64,000 nt of DNA, from contig JABDDH010000001.1 of assembly GCA_013287705.1 (NCBI GenBank), positions 359 to 64,358 on the forward strand. Reading direction: 5' to 3'. The notes beneath the pieces are model-generated. The model did no database searches. It had not been told where the DNA came from and saw nothing but the letters and a program-made list of their open reading frames with translations. Of this stretch, positions 18,560 to 31,753 are shown piece by piece. This DNA comes from Chlamydiota bacterium. GTDB taxonomy: Bacteria > Chlamydiota > Chlamydiia > Chlamydiales > Rhabdochlamydiaceae. Made by a program: the position numbers and the translations under genes. Position 1 is the first letter of the stretch. Each line of letters starts with the position of its first letter.

Positions 18560-19379
18560 CGCGATACCACCTTGCAAAGCTGCCACACGGCAGCGGTAAT
18601 GTTTTTCCATGAATGCACATCTCACCTGTCTCTATTTTCCCTTCTTTACCCATCCACTGTCCGAGGAGGTGGCCCATGACAAGAGGGGTCATTCCGGGGG
18701 TATGGGTGGATAGAATGAGAAAGAGTGGATCATCACTGAGTAGCGCAGTACAGCTTGAGAGCAGATTGTGAAGATCACGGTCAATTTTAAATATTTCACC
18801 TTGATTGCCTCTTCCAAAACTTGGAGGATCCAAGATAATGGCGTCGTAGCGCACGCCTCGCTTCTGTTCGCGAGCCAGGAATTTAGAGACATCATCGATA
18901 ATCCAACGAATGGGGGCTCCCTGAAGATTGTTGAGGGCTGCATTTTCACGCGCCCAAGCGACCATGCCTTTTGAGGCGTCCAAATGACAGACGTGTGCGC
19001 CACAAGAGGCAGCAACAAGAGAGGCTCCGCCGGAATAGGCAAAGAGATTGAGAAGTTTTGCCCCTTTTCGTTTTTCCAGGTGTGGTCTCATGAAGTCCCA
19101 TAAATAGCTGTGTTCTGGAAAGATGCCTAGGTGACCAAAATCTGTCGGCGCAATTTTAAAACGCACGTGCGCAAGCTCTGTTGTCCATTCTTTGGGAAGT
19201 TTTTTATGATAGATCCAGCGGTTCCCCTCTTCACGTGTAAAGGTGGCAGAGGCGCTCTCCCAAAGACTCTGTGGAGCTGTCGGTTTCCAGACTGCTTGCG
19301 AGCAGGGGCGAACGAGGAGATAGTCGCCAAACTTCTCTAGCTTTTGTAGATTCCCACTGTCAAGTAATTCGTATTGCAT
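18552..19379 (-). CDS. Class I SAM-dependent methyltransferase (RlmI/RlmK-like catalytic domain)
   Basis: LNLFAYSGGASL (motif I) and ILDPPSFGRG (the DPPxF motif). Confidence 0.7.
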   Translation of the reverse strand: MQYELLDSGNLQKLEKFGDYLLVRPCSQAVWKPTAPQSLWESASATFTREEGNRWIYHKKLPKEWTTELAHVRFKIAPTDFGHLGIFPEHSYLWDFMRPHLEKRKGAKLLNLFAYSGGASLVAASCGAHVCHLDASKGMVAWARENAALNNLQGAPIRWIIDDVSKFLAREQKRGVRYDAIILDPPSFGRGNQGEIFKIDRDLHNLLSSCTALLSDDPLFLILSTHTPGMTPLVMGHLLGQWMGKEGKIETGEMCIHGKTLPLPCGSFARWYRDV

Positions 19380-19415
19380 AGTGGCGACAATTGTAGCATA
19401 GGGAGTGGCTTACGC

Positions 19416-20642
19416 TCAAGGTGTAAAGGGAACTGTTCCGTGTACGATGTAACGCAACAAATGCGCCAAAACCTTTCTTGAAGCTGACTCGATCATTACC
19501 TCGCGGTTTCCATAGACAGGAATTATGCCAATAGCTGGAACGGCTCCTCTTTTTCCTATTGCGGCAAAGACGGTTCCGACAGGAGTTTTTGCTGTTCCGC
19601 CAGAGGGACCTAGAATACCGGAAATAGCAATGGCATAGTCAGCATCGGTTATAGAAAAAACTCCTAGTAACATTTCAGTGACACACTCTTGTGAGACATT
19701 TCCATAGGTCTTAAGGGTTTCTGGCGCGACGCGTAGTAGTTTTTCTTTTAACGCGTCACAGTAGGAGACAATGGATCCAAGAAAGTAGTTAGAGGCTCCA
19801 GGAATTTTTGTAAGCATAGCGGCAATCTGTCCGCCCGTGCACGATTCAGCTGTTGCAAGGGTGAGTTTTTTTTCGGCAAGCACTTTGTGTAGCGCTTCTT
19901 CAACAGAAGTTTCTTGGTAAAAATAGGTTGAAAATTTTTCTATAAGTTGCTGTGAAACATGGAGGATTGTTGTTTCAGATGGGGACAGAAGCGAGACGCT
20001 CACCGTGCCGTAGCCCGGATAAATACCTATAGAAAGATCTTTGTATTCTGCTTGATGTTCTCGTAAAAAGGGGTCGATTTGACTCTCTGTTAGAAGTGCA
20101 AAATGCAACTGCCTTTCAACAGGCTTGTTTTGTGCAGGAAAGTTTTTTACAAGATAGGGAAGGAGTTCATTTGCGACAATCGAGCGCATCTCTTGTGGGA
20201 CACCAGGGAGTAGAACAAGCATTTTTCCGCCTTCTGAAAAGAGGAGCCCGGGGGCTGTTCCGACCAGATTTTGTAACAGTTTGGCCTTACTTGGAACGGA
20301 TGCTTGATCTTTGATTGAGGCGTTAGCTTTTTTGTATCGACGCGTTAAATCTTCCAGAAGTTCTTTATTTTCTTGAAAATCGGAGTGAAAAAGTTCTGCT
20401 GCAACAGAGCGCGTTAGATCATCGCAGGTGGGACCGAGGCCGCCTGTTGTTATGACAAGGTCTGCTCGATCAAGTGCCTCCTTTAATCGATCGTATAGGA
20501 TTTTTTTGTTGTCAGGGAGTGTTGTTATTTGCGCAACAGTTAGACCAAGGCTTTTGAGCGTTTGACAAATCCATGAAGCGTTGCTGTTGACAACCCGTCC
20601 AGAAAGTAGCTCATCGCCGATCGAGGCTAATTCAATGCGCAT
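19416..20642 (-). CDS. cinA: CinA-family protein (MoCF-binding domain plus nicotinamide-nucleotide amidase domain)
   Basis: N-terminal IGDELLSGRVVNSNASW, C-terminal TAESCTGGQIAAMLT. Confidence 0.88.
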   Translation of the reverse strand: MRIELASIGDELLSGRVVNSNASWICQTLKSLGLTVAQITTLPDNKKILYDRLKEALDRADLVITTGGLGPTCDDLTRSVAAELFHSDFQENKELLEDLTRRYKKANASIKDQASVPSKAKLLQNLVGTAPGLLFSEGGKMLVLLPGVPQEMRSIVANELLPYLVKNFPAQNKPVERQLHFALLTESQIDPFLREHQAEYKDLSIGIYPGYGTVSVSLLSPSETTILHVSQQLIEKFSTYFYQETSVEEALHKVLAEKKLTLATAESCTGGQIAAMLTKIPGASNYFLGSIVSYCDALKEKLLRVAPETLKTYGNVSQECVTEMLLGVFSITDADYAIAISGILGPSGGTAKTPVGTVFAAIGKRGAVPAIGIIPVYGNREVMIESASRKVLAHLLRYIVHGTVPFTP

Positions 20643-21328
20643 ATGCCAATTCCCAGCCTTTGCAGTTGGGGGTGCTTGTTGATCCAGGAAAAGCAGTCTT
20701 TACCTAAGCGCATAGGAGTATTAATACGCTTTCCTTCATAGAGAAAGGGGGTAGGTAGTGTCGCATGGCGTAGCCACTTGGCAGCTTTCATAAAAAGCTC
20801 GGTGTTGGGGAACTCGCTGGTTGCTGTGACTTTACAGAAAGCGCCGGTTTTAGGGTCTTGATAGATTTGTGGATAGGAGATTTGAAGCCCCCAAAAAACA
20901 CTCTCTTTTCCCAAAACCATCGGGTGAAATGTGGCGTCAATTTTTGAGAAGAAAAATTGATGTATCTGGAGTTGAATAATAGGCCGGATGGCACGGATAA
21001 AATAACGCTCTTCTCCAAGTTGCATGGCATAGAGAAGGTCTGCATTTTTTGTCAGGATGCTCGAAAACGCAGCGCGTGCACAAGTGATGTCCGGTAAGTT
21101 TCCTGTTTGCAGGGCGGTAATGTAGCTCTGATAAATTGTTAAAAATTTTTCTTTAGTTACTAGGGCATTTTTTTCTGAAACAATTTCACTTCCAATAAAG
21201 ATCTGTGGATCTAAGAGCGTAAGTAAGGCGTCCATCTCTTCAAGGCTTAAGAGAAGTTGATGCTTTAACCATTTAGAGACGTGCAATTTCCCTTCTAAAT
21301 CTTGGTGACTAAGCCGTGGAAGAGTCAT
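20627..21328 (-). CDS. Conserved hypothetical protein (233 aa)
   Basis: An intact ORF packed tightly between lspA and cinA, overlapping both. I recognise no motif. Confidence 0.5.
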   Translation of the reverse strand: MTLPRLSHQDLEGKLHVSKWLKHQLLLSLEEMDALLTLLDPQIFIGSEIVSEKNALVTKEKFLTIYQSYITALQTGNLPDITCARAAFSSILTKNADLLYAMQLGEERYFIRAIRPIIQLQIHQFFFSKIDATFHPMVLGKESVFWGLQISYPQIYQDPKTGAFCKVTATSEFPNTELFMKAAKWLRHATLPTPFLYEGKRINTPMRLGKDCFSWINKHPQLQRLGIGICALN

Positions 21329-21852
21329 TTTTTTCTTTTTTTGGTAAACGTTGAGTAAATCAAGATGCCTACAACCCCTAAAAATATGGCGCTATCTGCC
21401 ACATTAAAAACAGGATAGTGGTAGCTGCCAAATGAAAAGTGAAATAGGTCGATCACGTGGCCATAGATGAAAAAATCGACGATATTTCCAATGGCACCGG
21501 CACAAATCAGAGTCAAATAGAATTGTGTTTTTTTTGACAGAGGAACAAGGACCAGATAGCAGAGCAAGGCTCCGATGATAAAGACTCTGAAGTAGAGAAG
21601 GTACTCTTTCCAACTGGCAAAAAAACCCCAGGCGGCACCTGTATTAACAAGATGGTTAATCGAGAAGCTAACCCCTAAGATGTTGTGAAAAACTGGAATG
21701 CCTCCATACGGATAGATAGGGAGTGACTCTGACATTAAAGGAATTGTCTGTTGTACGTAGAATTTGGAGGCAACATCAAGGGCTAGGACAAAGAGGGCAA
21801 TTGTAGAGAGAAGAAAAAGGCGAGAAGGGGAAGGTTTGCTGAGCGTGCTCAC
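21325..21852 (-). CDS. lspA: Lipoprotein signal peptidase (SPase II)
   Basis: NTGAAWGF and FNVADSAI motifs and four TM segments. Confidence 0.9.
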   Translation of the reverse strand: MSTLSKPSPSRLFLLSTIALFVLALDVASKFYVQQTIPLMSESLPIYPYGGIPVFHNILGVSFSINHLVNTGAAWGFFASWKEYLLYFRVFIIGALLCYLVLVPLSKKTQFYLTLICAGAIGNIVDFFIYGHVIDLFHFSFGSYHYPVFNVADSAIFLGVVGILIYSTFTKKRKK

Positions 21853-21854
21853 AA

Positions 21855-22217
21855 TTACAATAGTCCTTTTTCAAGTTTTTCTTGAGCCTGGACTGTCATT
21901 GTTGCATAAGGGATCGCGTTGAGGCGTTTAATGGAAATCTCCTCGTGAGTTAAGTCGCAAATCCCATAGGTGCCCTCATTGATTTTCTCTAAAGCTCGGT
22001 CGATTTGTCTGAGAACGGAATACTCTTTACTTGTCACTTCTAGGCTAATTGTTCTCACAAAATCATCGGTTCCTTCGTCAGCTTGATGTTGGGAGTAGCC
22101 TTTAGAAGCGTCTGCTTTGACATCTTCTGCTGTGACGCGCACAGTTTGAGTGAGTTGGGCTTTTAGATCTTCTAAGCGTTTTTTGAATGTTGCGACTTCT
22201 TCTTTGCTAAGCGTCAT
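21855..22217 (-). CDS. dksA: DksA/TraR-family protein with a degenerate zinc finger
   Basis: A coiled-coil N-terminus containing DEGTDD, and a C-terminal GTYGICDLTHEEISIKRLNAIPYATMTVQAQ. Only one of the four canonical Cys residues is present. Confidence 0.75.
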   Translation of the reverse strand: MTLSKEEVATFKKRLEDLKAQLTQTVRVTAEDVKADASKGYSQHQADEGTDDFVRTISLEVTSKEYSVLRQIDRALEKINEGTYGICDLTHEEISIKRLNAIPYATMTVQAQEKLEKGLL

Positions 22218-22276
22218 GCTAAGTGTCCTTTAAGTTAAAGCTTCTGCTTTGGGTTGTGCTTCAGTTTTGGGCTGTT

Positions 22277-22440
22277 TATACCCAAAAAACTTGAAAAATT
22301 GGGTCTCTATGGCGTCAGTTTTGTCTCACAATTTGTATTCTCACTCGCGCCTTGCCTTTCGGCAATGGTCGCTCCCTTCGAATTCACATTCTGAGCCACT
22401 TCCTTGCAGAGCTCCCAATTTTTCAAATTATTTGGGTATA
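22277..22440. repeat. Family B long palindromic element, copy B1 (164 nt)
   Basis: Arms tatacccaaaaaacttgaaaaattgggtctct (22277-22308) and agagctcccaatttttcaaattatttgggtata (22408-22440) are inverted. The core ctcgcgccttgcctttcggcaatggtc is shared with B2. It overlaps the 3' end of nrdR. Confidence 0.8.
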
Positions 22441-22867
22441 GTGCATCCATCAATTCATCGACATCCTTGAATCTGCGATAGACGCAGGCAAAGCGGATAT
22501 AGGCAATCATATCCAGTTCGCGCAGTTGCTTCATCACAATCTCTCCGAGGGTGACAGTTGGAATTTCACGCACCTGTGTTTCTAATAGATCAGCGCTGAT
22601 TTTATAAGCAAGGGATCTTACCTGGTCGTGAGAAATGCGGGTATGTCTACAGGCGGCCTCTAGACCTTTAATCAACTTTTCTTGTTGAAAGTCTTCGTAG
22701 GTGCCATCTCTTTTTTGGACTTGAATTGTCAGATCGACCATTTCAAAAGTGGTAAACCTGCGCAAACATTGAAGGCATTCTCTACGACGTCTAACAGCAT
22801 TAGCTTCTGCTGCATTGCGGGAATCTGTGACTTTCGACTCTTCAAAACTACAAAAAGGACAACGCAT
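22307..22867 (-). CDS. nrdR: Transcriptional repressor NrdR with a repeat-encoded C-terminal extension
   Basis: MRCPFCSFEESKVTDSR zinc ribbon and an ATP-cone ending ...YIRFACVYRRFKDVDELMDAL. The start is ATG 22865-22867; the track ORF reaching 22975 runs through tRNA-Ser. The last 43 codons lie inside repeat B1. Confidence 0.9.
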   Translation of the reverse strand: MRCPFCSFEESKVTDSRNAAEANAVRRRRECLQCLRRFTTFEMVDLTIQVQKRDGTYEDFQQEKLIKGLEAACRHTRISHDQVRSLAYKISADLLETQVREIPTVTLGEIVMKQLRELDMIAYIRFACVYRRFKDVDELMDALYPNNLKNWELCKEVAQNVNSKGATIAERQGASENTNCETKLTP

Positions 22868-22886
22868 ATAAATAGACTCTTTAAGA

Positions 22887-22973
22887 CGGAGGAGGTGGGA
22901 TTCGAACCCACGAAACGTTTTCACGTTTACACACTTTCCAGGCGTGCTCCATCGGCCACTCGGACACTCCTCC
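22887..22973 (-). tRNA. tRNA-Ser (anticodon GGA)
   Basis: Minus-strand read: GGAGGAG-TG-TCCGAGTGGCCGATGGA-G-CACGC-CTGGAAA-GTGTG-long variable arm-GTGGG-TTCGAAT-CCCAC-CTCCTCC-G. A cloverleaf with a long extra arm. No CCA is encoded. Confidence 0.9.
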
Positions 22974-23035
22974 ATAGGATTTGGAGAACGAGCCTACCCA
23001 AAGAGGCATATATATCACAAGAGAAAACTCTTAAA

Positions 23036-23079
23036 CTCGACTTTCTAGATTTTTAAGGCTGAAGGTTGAAAAAGTCGAG
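23036..23079. repeat. Family C palindromic element, short or internally deleted copy C0
   Basis: ctcgacttt...aaagtcgag termini plus ctagatttttaaggctgaagg resemble the arms of C1/C2 (tctcgactttgtaactttttgggaccgaaggcc). It lies in the region upstream of the 16S gene. Confidence 0.55.
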
Positions 23080-23292
23080 TAAAAGAGTGTGGCTTGAAAT
23101 TTTTTAGCGGTCTGATTTTTCTTGTTTCTCTATGGAAAGTGACGATAAAAACATTATTTTAAATATTTTTTTCAGAAAATCGTTTGCAGAAAAATAGAGT
23201 TGTTTTGTATGTTGTTGTCTTTCCTAAAGCGCAGAACTCGAAAGAGTGAGCGACAAAAGGTAAAACGAGACGACCTGCGAGTCGCTCAAGTT

Positions 23293-23338
23293 GTTTTGAC
23301 AGTAGAGATGAAGTGATGTGAAATATGTAAGAAGCTTG
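23293..23338 (+). other. 5' strand of the 16S rRNA processing helix
   Basis: gttttgacagtagagatgaagtgatgtgaaatatgtaagaagcttg is complementary to 25011-25054, with only a few mismatches and a small internal loop. This is typical of an RNase III stem enclosing the 16S. Confidence 0.75.
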
Positions 23339-23411
23339 TGTGGGTAAATTGAGAAATCAGTTTACACACCTAAAATTTGATTAATATAACAAATCAGATT
23401 GTCAAAAATTA

Positions 23412-24966
<1,555 letters not shown>

Positions 24967-25010
24967 TAAAGGACAAAGAAAAAGAACTTCGGTTCTTTTC
25001 TTAGGTTGAG

Positions 25011-25054
25011 CAAGCTTCTTATTCATCACATCACTTCTTTTCTGTTGTCAAAGC
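25011..25054 (+). other. 3' strand of the 16S rRNA processing helix
   Basis: caagcttcttattcatcacatcacttcttttctgttgtcaaagc pairs with 23293-23338. Confidence 0.75.
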
Positions 25055-25107
25055 AGAGTTGTTATCTTGAAAGTCGAGAGTAAGTTAGAAGAAAAAGAAT
25101 ATAGAAA

Positions 25108-25287
25108 GCTCGGTTTTGTAATTTTTGTGACCGAAGGCCTCGAGATGTTTGTTTTCGGTACTGTTTATTGTCTTGGGGAGGAGTTAAAAAACTCCTTTTG
25201 AGAAAATAAACAGTAAGTTTGGCCTATGGCCAAACGACCAAGAGCAAACAGACGAGGCTGGCGGGCTCAAAAATTGCAAAGTCGAGC
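25108..25287. repeat. Family C long palindromic element, copy C1, inside the 16S-23S spacer (180 nt, with a sub-hairpin)
   Basis: gctcggttttgtaatttttgtgaccgaaggcctcgagatgtttgttttcggt ... gaccaagagcaaacagacgaggctggcgggctcaaaaattgcaaagtcgagc. It is colinear with C2 at 59747-59890. It also carries an extra internal palindrome, actgtttatt..ggaggagttaaaaaactcc..aataaacagt. Confidence 0.85.
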
Positions 25288-25443
25288 GTAAGATTCAAAG
25301 TATTTTCAAATGGTAACAAACGAAAGTTTGTACACATTTTCACTGATAGAAGATGGCGTTTGAGGAGAAATAATCTTCACATTAAAAATATTAGGTTAAG
25401 TAAGCGAATGTAAGCTTAAGGAAGCGCACATAAAACATTATGT

Positions 25444-28396
<2,953 letters not shown>

Positions 28397-28570
28397 TTTT
28401 TTTTCTTTTCATTATCGGCCCAGCTCTTAAGTTTAAGAGTTGAGTCAATGATGATGAAATGCTTCTAAAAGTGTGACGCGCGAATTTAATCTAATGAGTG
28501 TGAAGAGGAAGAGACCTCAAGCGCCATTTTAGATCAGTGAAAGTATCACTTCTAACTTACTCAAAGGCTT

Positions 28571-28689
28571 TTCTTGGTGGCTATAGAGAAGGGGGAATAC
28601 CTGATCCCATCCCGAACTCAGAAGTCAAGCCCTTCCTCGCCGATGGTACTATACTCAAGAGTATGGGAGAGTAGGTCGCCGCCAAGTAT
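28571..28689 (+). rRNA. rrf: 5S ribosomal RNA
   Basis: ttcttggtggc...cccgaactcagaagt...gagagtaggtcgccgccaagtat aligns end to end with E. coli 5S. Confidence 0.93.
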
Positions 28690-28749
28690 TTTTTCTCAAG
28701 GCCTTAGTAGTTAAAAGCTTCTGAGGTCTTTTTTATTGGAGGATTGATT

Positions 28750-29562
28750 ATGAAAAAATGGATTTTTTGTTTTACACTTTGTCTCTCTAGTTTTATTGTA
28801 GCGGCACCTATGCAAAACCATCATATTGATGCAGATTCCCTGTCGCAACTAACTGCTTTGTTTGGCATTTCAGAAGATGCAGATTTAATTGCTGAAACAC
28901 AAAGGCTGTGGCTACGCAAGCCGCATCAGGAGCGGTGGGAGATGGATGAGCTCTCTAACGAAAAGAGATGCTTTGTATTGAATTGGGGTAAGAAACAGGG
29001 CTTCTTTGATCCGTGGATGCCTCTAGAGCAGAACTATGATAAAGCCTTAATTCTAGGAGCTACAACTGGTGTCATGCAACTGCGCCTTAATTATCTTAAA
29101 GATCTCTGGAATGAAGGGATTCGTTTTAATGAAGTTGTCTGGCTGACAGGAGAGCGACCATTGGATCTTGCAGTTGACAAGCTCACTGACCGTTGCAGTA
29201 ATGAATCGGAAGCTGCCCGTATTCTCTGGGCAGAGAGCGATCTCCCTGAAGAGCTTGCATCTCTCCCCCTTGTTTTTATCGAAGTCCCTATGAAAGTGGT
29301 AGGCGCTTCTGTTCAGCGTCCAACAACTGTCGATACGCTTGTAGCGTGGCTTAAAGTGGATACAAATCCGTGCAAGGCCCTCTTTGTCTCAAGCCAGCCC
29401 TTCTGCAATTATCAGCATGCGGTTATCGAAGCTTACCTTCCAGAGACCTTTTTGTTTGATTGTGTAGGCCCTGGAGTCGATCCAACGCGCCATCCTAAAG
29501 GTGCTGCGATTCTCCTGGATGCTGTTACTCGGCAAATCTACCAAGAGAGCCTAAAAAACTGA
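28750..29562 (+). CDS. Hypothetical secreted protein (signal peptide)
   Basis: GGAGG lies 7 nt upstream of ATG 28750. The N-terminus MKKWIFCFTLCLSSFIVAAP looks like a signal peptide. The family is not recognised. Confidence 0.6.
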   Translation: MKKWIFCFTLCLSSFIVAAPMQNHHIDADSLSQLTALFGISEDADLIAETQRLWLRKPHQERWEMDELSNEKRCFVLNWGKKQGFFDPWMPLEQNYDKALILGATTGVMQLRLNYLKDLWNEGIRFNEVVWLTGERPLDLAVDKLTDRCSNESEAARILWAESDLPEELASLPLVFIEVPMKVVGASVQRPTTVDTLVAWLKVDTNPCKALFVSSQPFCNYQHAVIEAYLPETFLFDCVGPGVDPTRHPKGAAILLDAVTRQIYQESLKN

Positions 29563-29603
29563 AGATCAGGAGTGTAAAAAAGATGCGGTTTCGAGTTTTT
29601 TTA

Positions 29604-31520
29604 TCAACCTGTTTCTAGGAGGATGATTAAATCTTTCATCAAGTTTAAGGTCTCTTCTAGCTGCAGGTCAGTTTGGCCAAAGGAGTCTTTATCTTCGCCT
29701 GGCTTTTCGCTTGAAATTTCTTTTATCAGGGTCTGGTAGTTTTTGTTATTTTCAATGCGTTGGGCTGAATTTTTTTTCAATGTCTCTAGATAGGGGGCGT
29801 AGGTCGTTACTTTTGGCTGTAGGTTGATTTTATAAGCTCGTGCAATACGTGCCCGGTGGATGACAGGAACATCGAGAAGATCGTCTTCAAATACTGCCGG
29901 GATCTGATCGCTCGCCAGGGGGAATTTAGAAAATTTTTCACCGATTTCGAGTTGGGAGAGCACTCCGGGAACAACGACATCGGCGAGCACTCCCCCTAGT
30001 TGAGGGCTCTTACCTGAGACAGTATAGTATCTACCACGTGTGACTTTAAATTCACCCTTAGGGTTAACCTTACCGTAGTTTGTGTTCTCAAGTGTAAAGG
30101 TTTGGAATGTTCCTTTACCATAGGTTGTCGCATCACCGATCACGAATGCTCGGCCGTAGTCTTGTAGGGTCTGTGCAACGATCTCAGAGGCCGAGGCACT
30201 GGCTTTATTTGTCAGGACAACAAGAGGGCCATCCCATGCCATGCGGTTTTCGACATTGCGCAGATGCTGTATGGCCTGACTGTTATCTTTAATCGAGACA
30301 ACAACCCCTTTTTTAATAAAAAGACCGGTCACCATAACAGCTTGAGGGAGGAGCCCTCCAGAGTTGTTACGCAGATCAAGAATAATCCCTTTAAGTTGAT
30401 GCTCTTTTTTTAATTTTTTTATCACCTCCTCAATATCTTGAGCCGAAGAACTGCTCGGGTCTTGATAAAAAGAGAAGAGGTGGATATGGGCAATAATTCC
30501 ATTGCCGAATGGTGCATAATCATACTCAAAACGGGTCTCTTTAAGGACCACCTCGTCGCGGATGATCTCAATATCTAGTTTCTCTTCTTGGCGTAGAATT
30601 GTAAGGGTGACAGAGCTGCCGGCAGGGCCGCGGATGAGTTCTACTGCTTCTACGATATCCATCCCGACAATCGGCTCTTTATTAACGGCAATAATACGAT
30701 CATTGATTTTGAGTTTATTACCAAGAGAAGCAGGAGAGCCATCGAAGATCCGGGTGATCGTAAATCCGTTGAGCTCGTCATGGAGTTGGGCTCCAATACC
30801 AAATAGTCGCTGCTGGACTTGCATCATAAATTGGGCGGCTTCAGCGGGGGTGAAGTAGGTGGTTTGTGAGTCAAGAGCTGCACTTACAGCTTTCAGAAGA
30901 TAGGCGAGAGAGTTCTGTTCTCTTTCTAGAGGTGAGGTTGCGCAGAGCTCCTCTTCGCGTAATAAACGCCGCTTGTTGAGACGGTAAAAAAATTGCTGTT
31001 TGGTCTCTTGGTTTAATTTTTCTGCAACCTCGATCTGCAGAGAGCGAATGCGTTTGAGGCGCTCTAGAAGCTCTTCCTCAGATTGAGCCCAAGAAATGTC
31101 TTTAAACTCTTTAGAATCAACGTTTTTTGGTAGTTCGTTGAGATTGATTAGAGGTTCGAGTTGCTCCCTCCGCTCAATACACTTAATCATTTTATTGTAA
31201 ATGGATTGAAAAACGGAGAATTTCTCTTGGTTGTATTCTTGTAAAATAAAATTTAAAAGCTCGTCAGAAGGGTGAGTCCAGGGGGCAATATCGAAAGTTG
31301 TAAAATAAGTTTTACTTGGGTCGAGCTCTTCTAGGTAGTTTTCTATTGCTCGCCTTGCAATTTCAGGGGAAATCGTCTGATAGTTGGCATGAGCCTTAAA
31401 AATCTCTTCTAGTTTGAGTTTTGTATCATGAGGTGTTAGTTGTGGAGGAGGTTTGGCCTCTCCTATAGAACAGAGAGCCAAGAATAAGACAAAAAAAAGC
31501 CTTAAAAACTTATAAGTCAT
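29604..31520 (-). CDS. tsp: Tail-specific (C-terminal processing) protease, S41 family
   Basis: A PDZ region (GFTITRIFDGSPA) and S41 motifs LDLRNNSGGLL and NKASASASEIVA. ATG 31520 (MTYKFLRLFFVLFLAL signal peptide) is preferred over the track start. Confidence 0.9.
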   Translation of the reverse strand: MTYKFLRLFFVLFLALCSIGEAKPPPQLTPHDTKLKLEEIFKAHANYQTISPEIARRAIENYLEELDPSKTYFTTFDIAPWTHPSDELLNFILQEYNQEKFSVFQSIYNKMIKCIERREQLEPLINLNELPKNVDSKEFKDISWAQSEEELLERLKRIRSLQIEVAEKLNQETKQQFFYRLNKRRLLREEELCATSPLEREQNSLAYLLKAVSAALDSQTTYFTPAEAAQFMMQVQQRLFGIGAQLHDELNGFTITRIFDGSPASLGNKLKINDRIIAVNKEPIVGMDIVEAVELIRGPAGSSVTLTILRQEEKLDIEIIRDEVVLKETRFEYDYAPFGNGIIAHIHLFSFYQDPSSSSAQDIEEVIKKLKKEHQLKGIILDLRNNSGGLLPQAVMVTGLFIKKGVVVSIKDNSQAIQHLRNVENRMAWDGPLVVLTNKASASASEIVAQTLQDYGRAFVIGDATTYGKGTFQTFTLENTNYGKVNPKGEFKVTRGRYYTVSGKSPQLGGVLADVVVPGVLSQLEIGEKFSKFPLASDQIPAVFEDDLLDVPVIHRARIARAYKINLQPKVTTYAPYLETLKKNSAQRIENNKNYQTLIKEISSEKPGEDKDSFGQTDLQLEETLNLMKDLIILLETG

Positions 31521-31753
31521 TGAACACCAACCAGATAAACAGATTGAACAGCCTAAACACCTCTCTTTATCATAAAGGGAAATCATTGTTTATAGCTATC
31601 GTAAAGCTTAAAAAACAAGCAGGAACCAGTAAATTTTCCATTTTGCATTGATCCTAAAAGGCATTTTATGTCATAATTAATTAATCACAAATAAGGCTTT
31701 GATCAAAATGATTAAGTACAAAACATAAAAAATAATCTTTTAGGAGGAATAGT

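Noticed and set aside
22249-22470. Plus-strand ORFs inside family B elements (22249..22470 and 32281..32565)
   Set aside because: The shared nucleotide core is read in different frames in the two ORFs and they share no peptide similarity. They are by-products of the repeats, and 32281..32565 also overlaps recJ.
22868-22975. N-terminal extension of the nrdR ORF to 22975 as given in the ORF track
   Set aside because: The extension reads straight through the tRNA-Ser gene (22887-22973). The canonical NrdR zinc-ribbon start MRCPFC begins at ATG 22867.
31521-31586. Longer track starts for tsp (31586), the SurA-like gene (58700), the TrmH-like gene (18625), fabF (7359) and hisS (47814)
   Set aside because: Internal ATGs give canonical N-termini or signal peptides, better SD placement, and remove overlaps with neighbouring genes.
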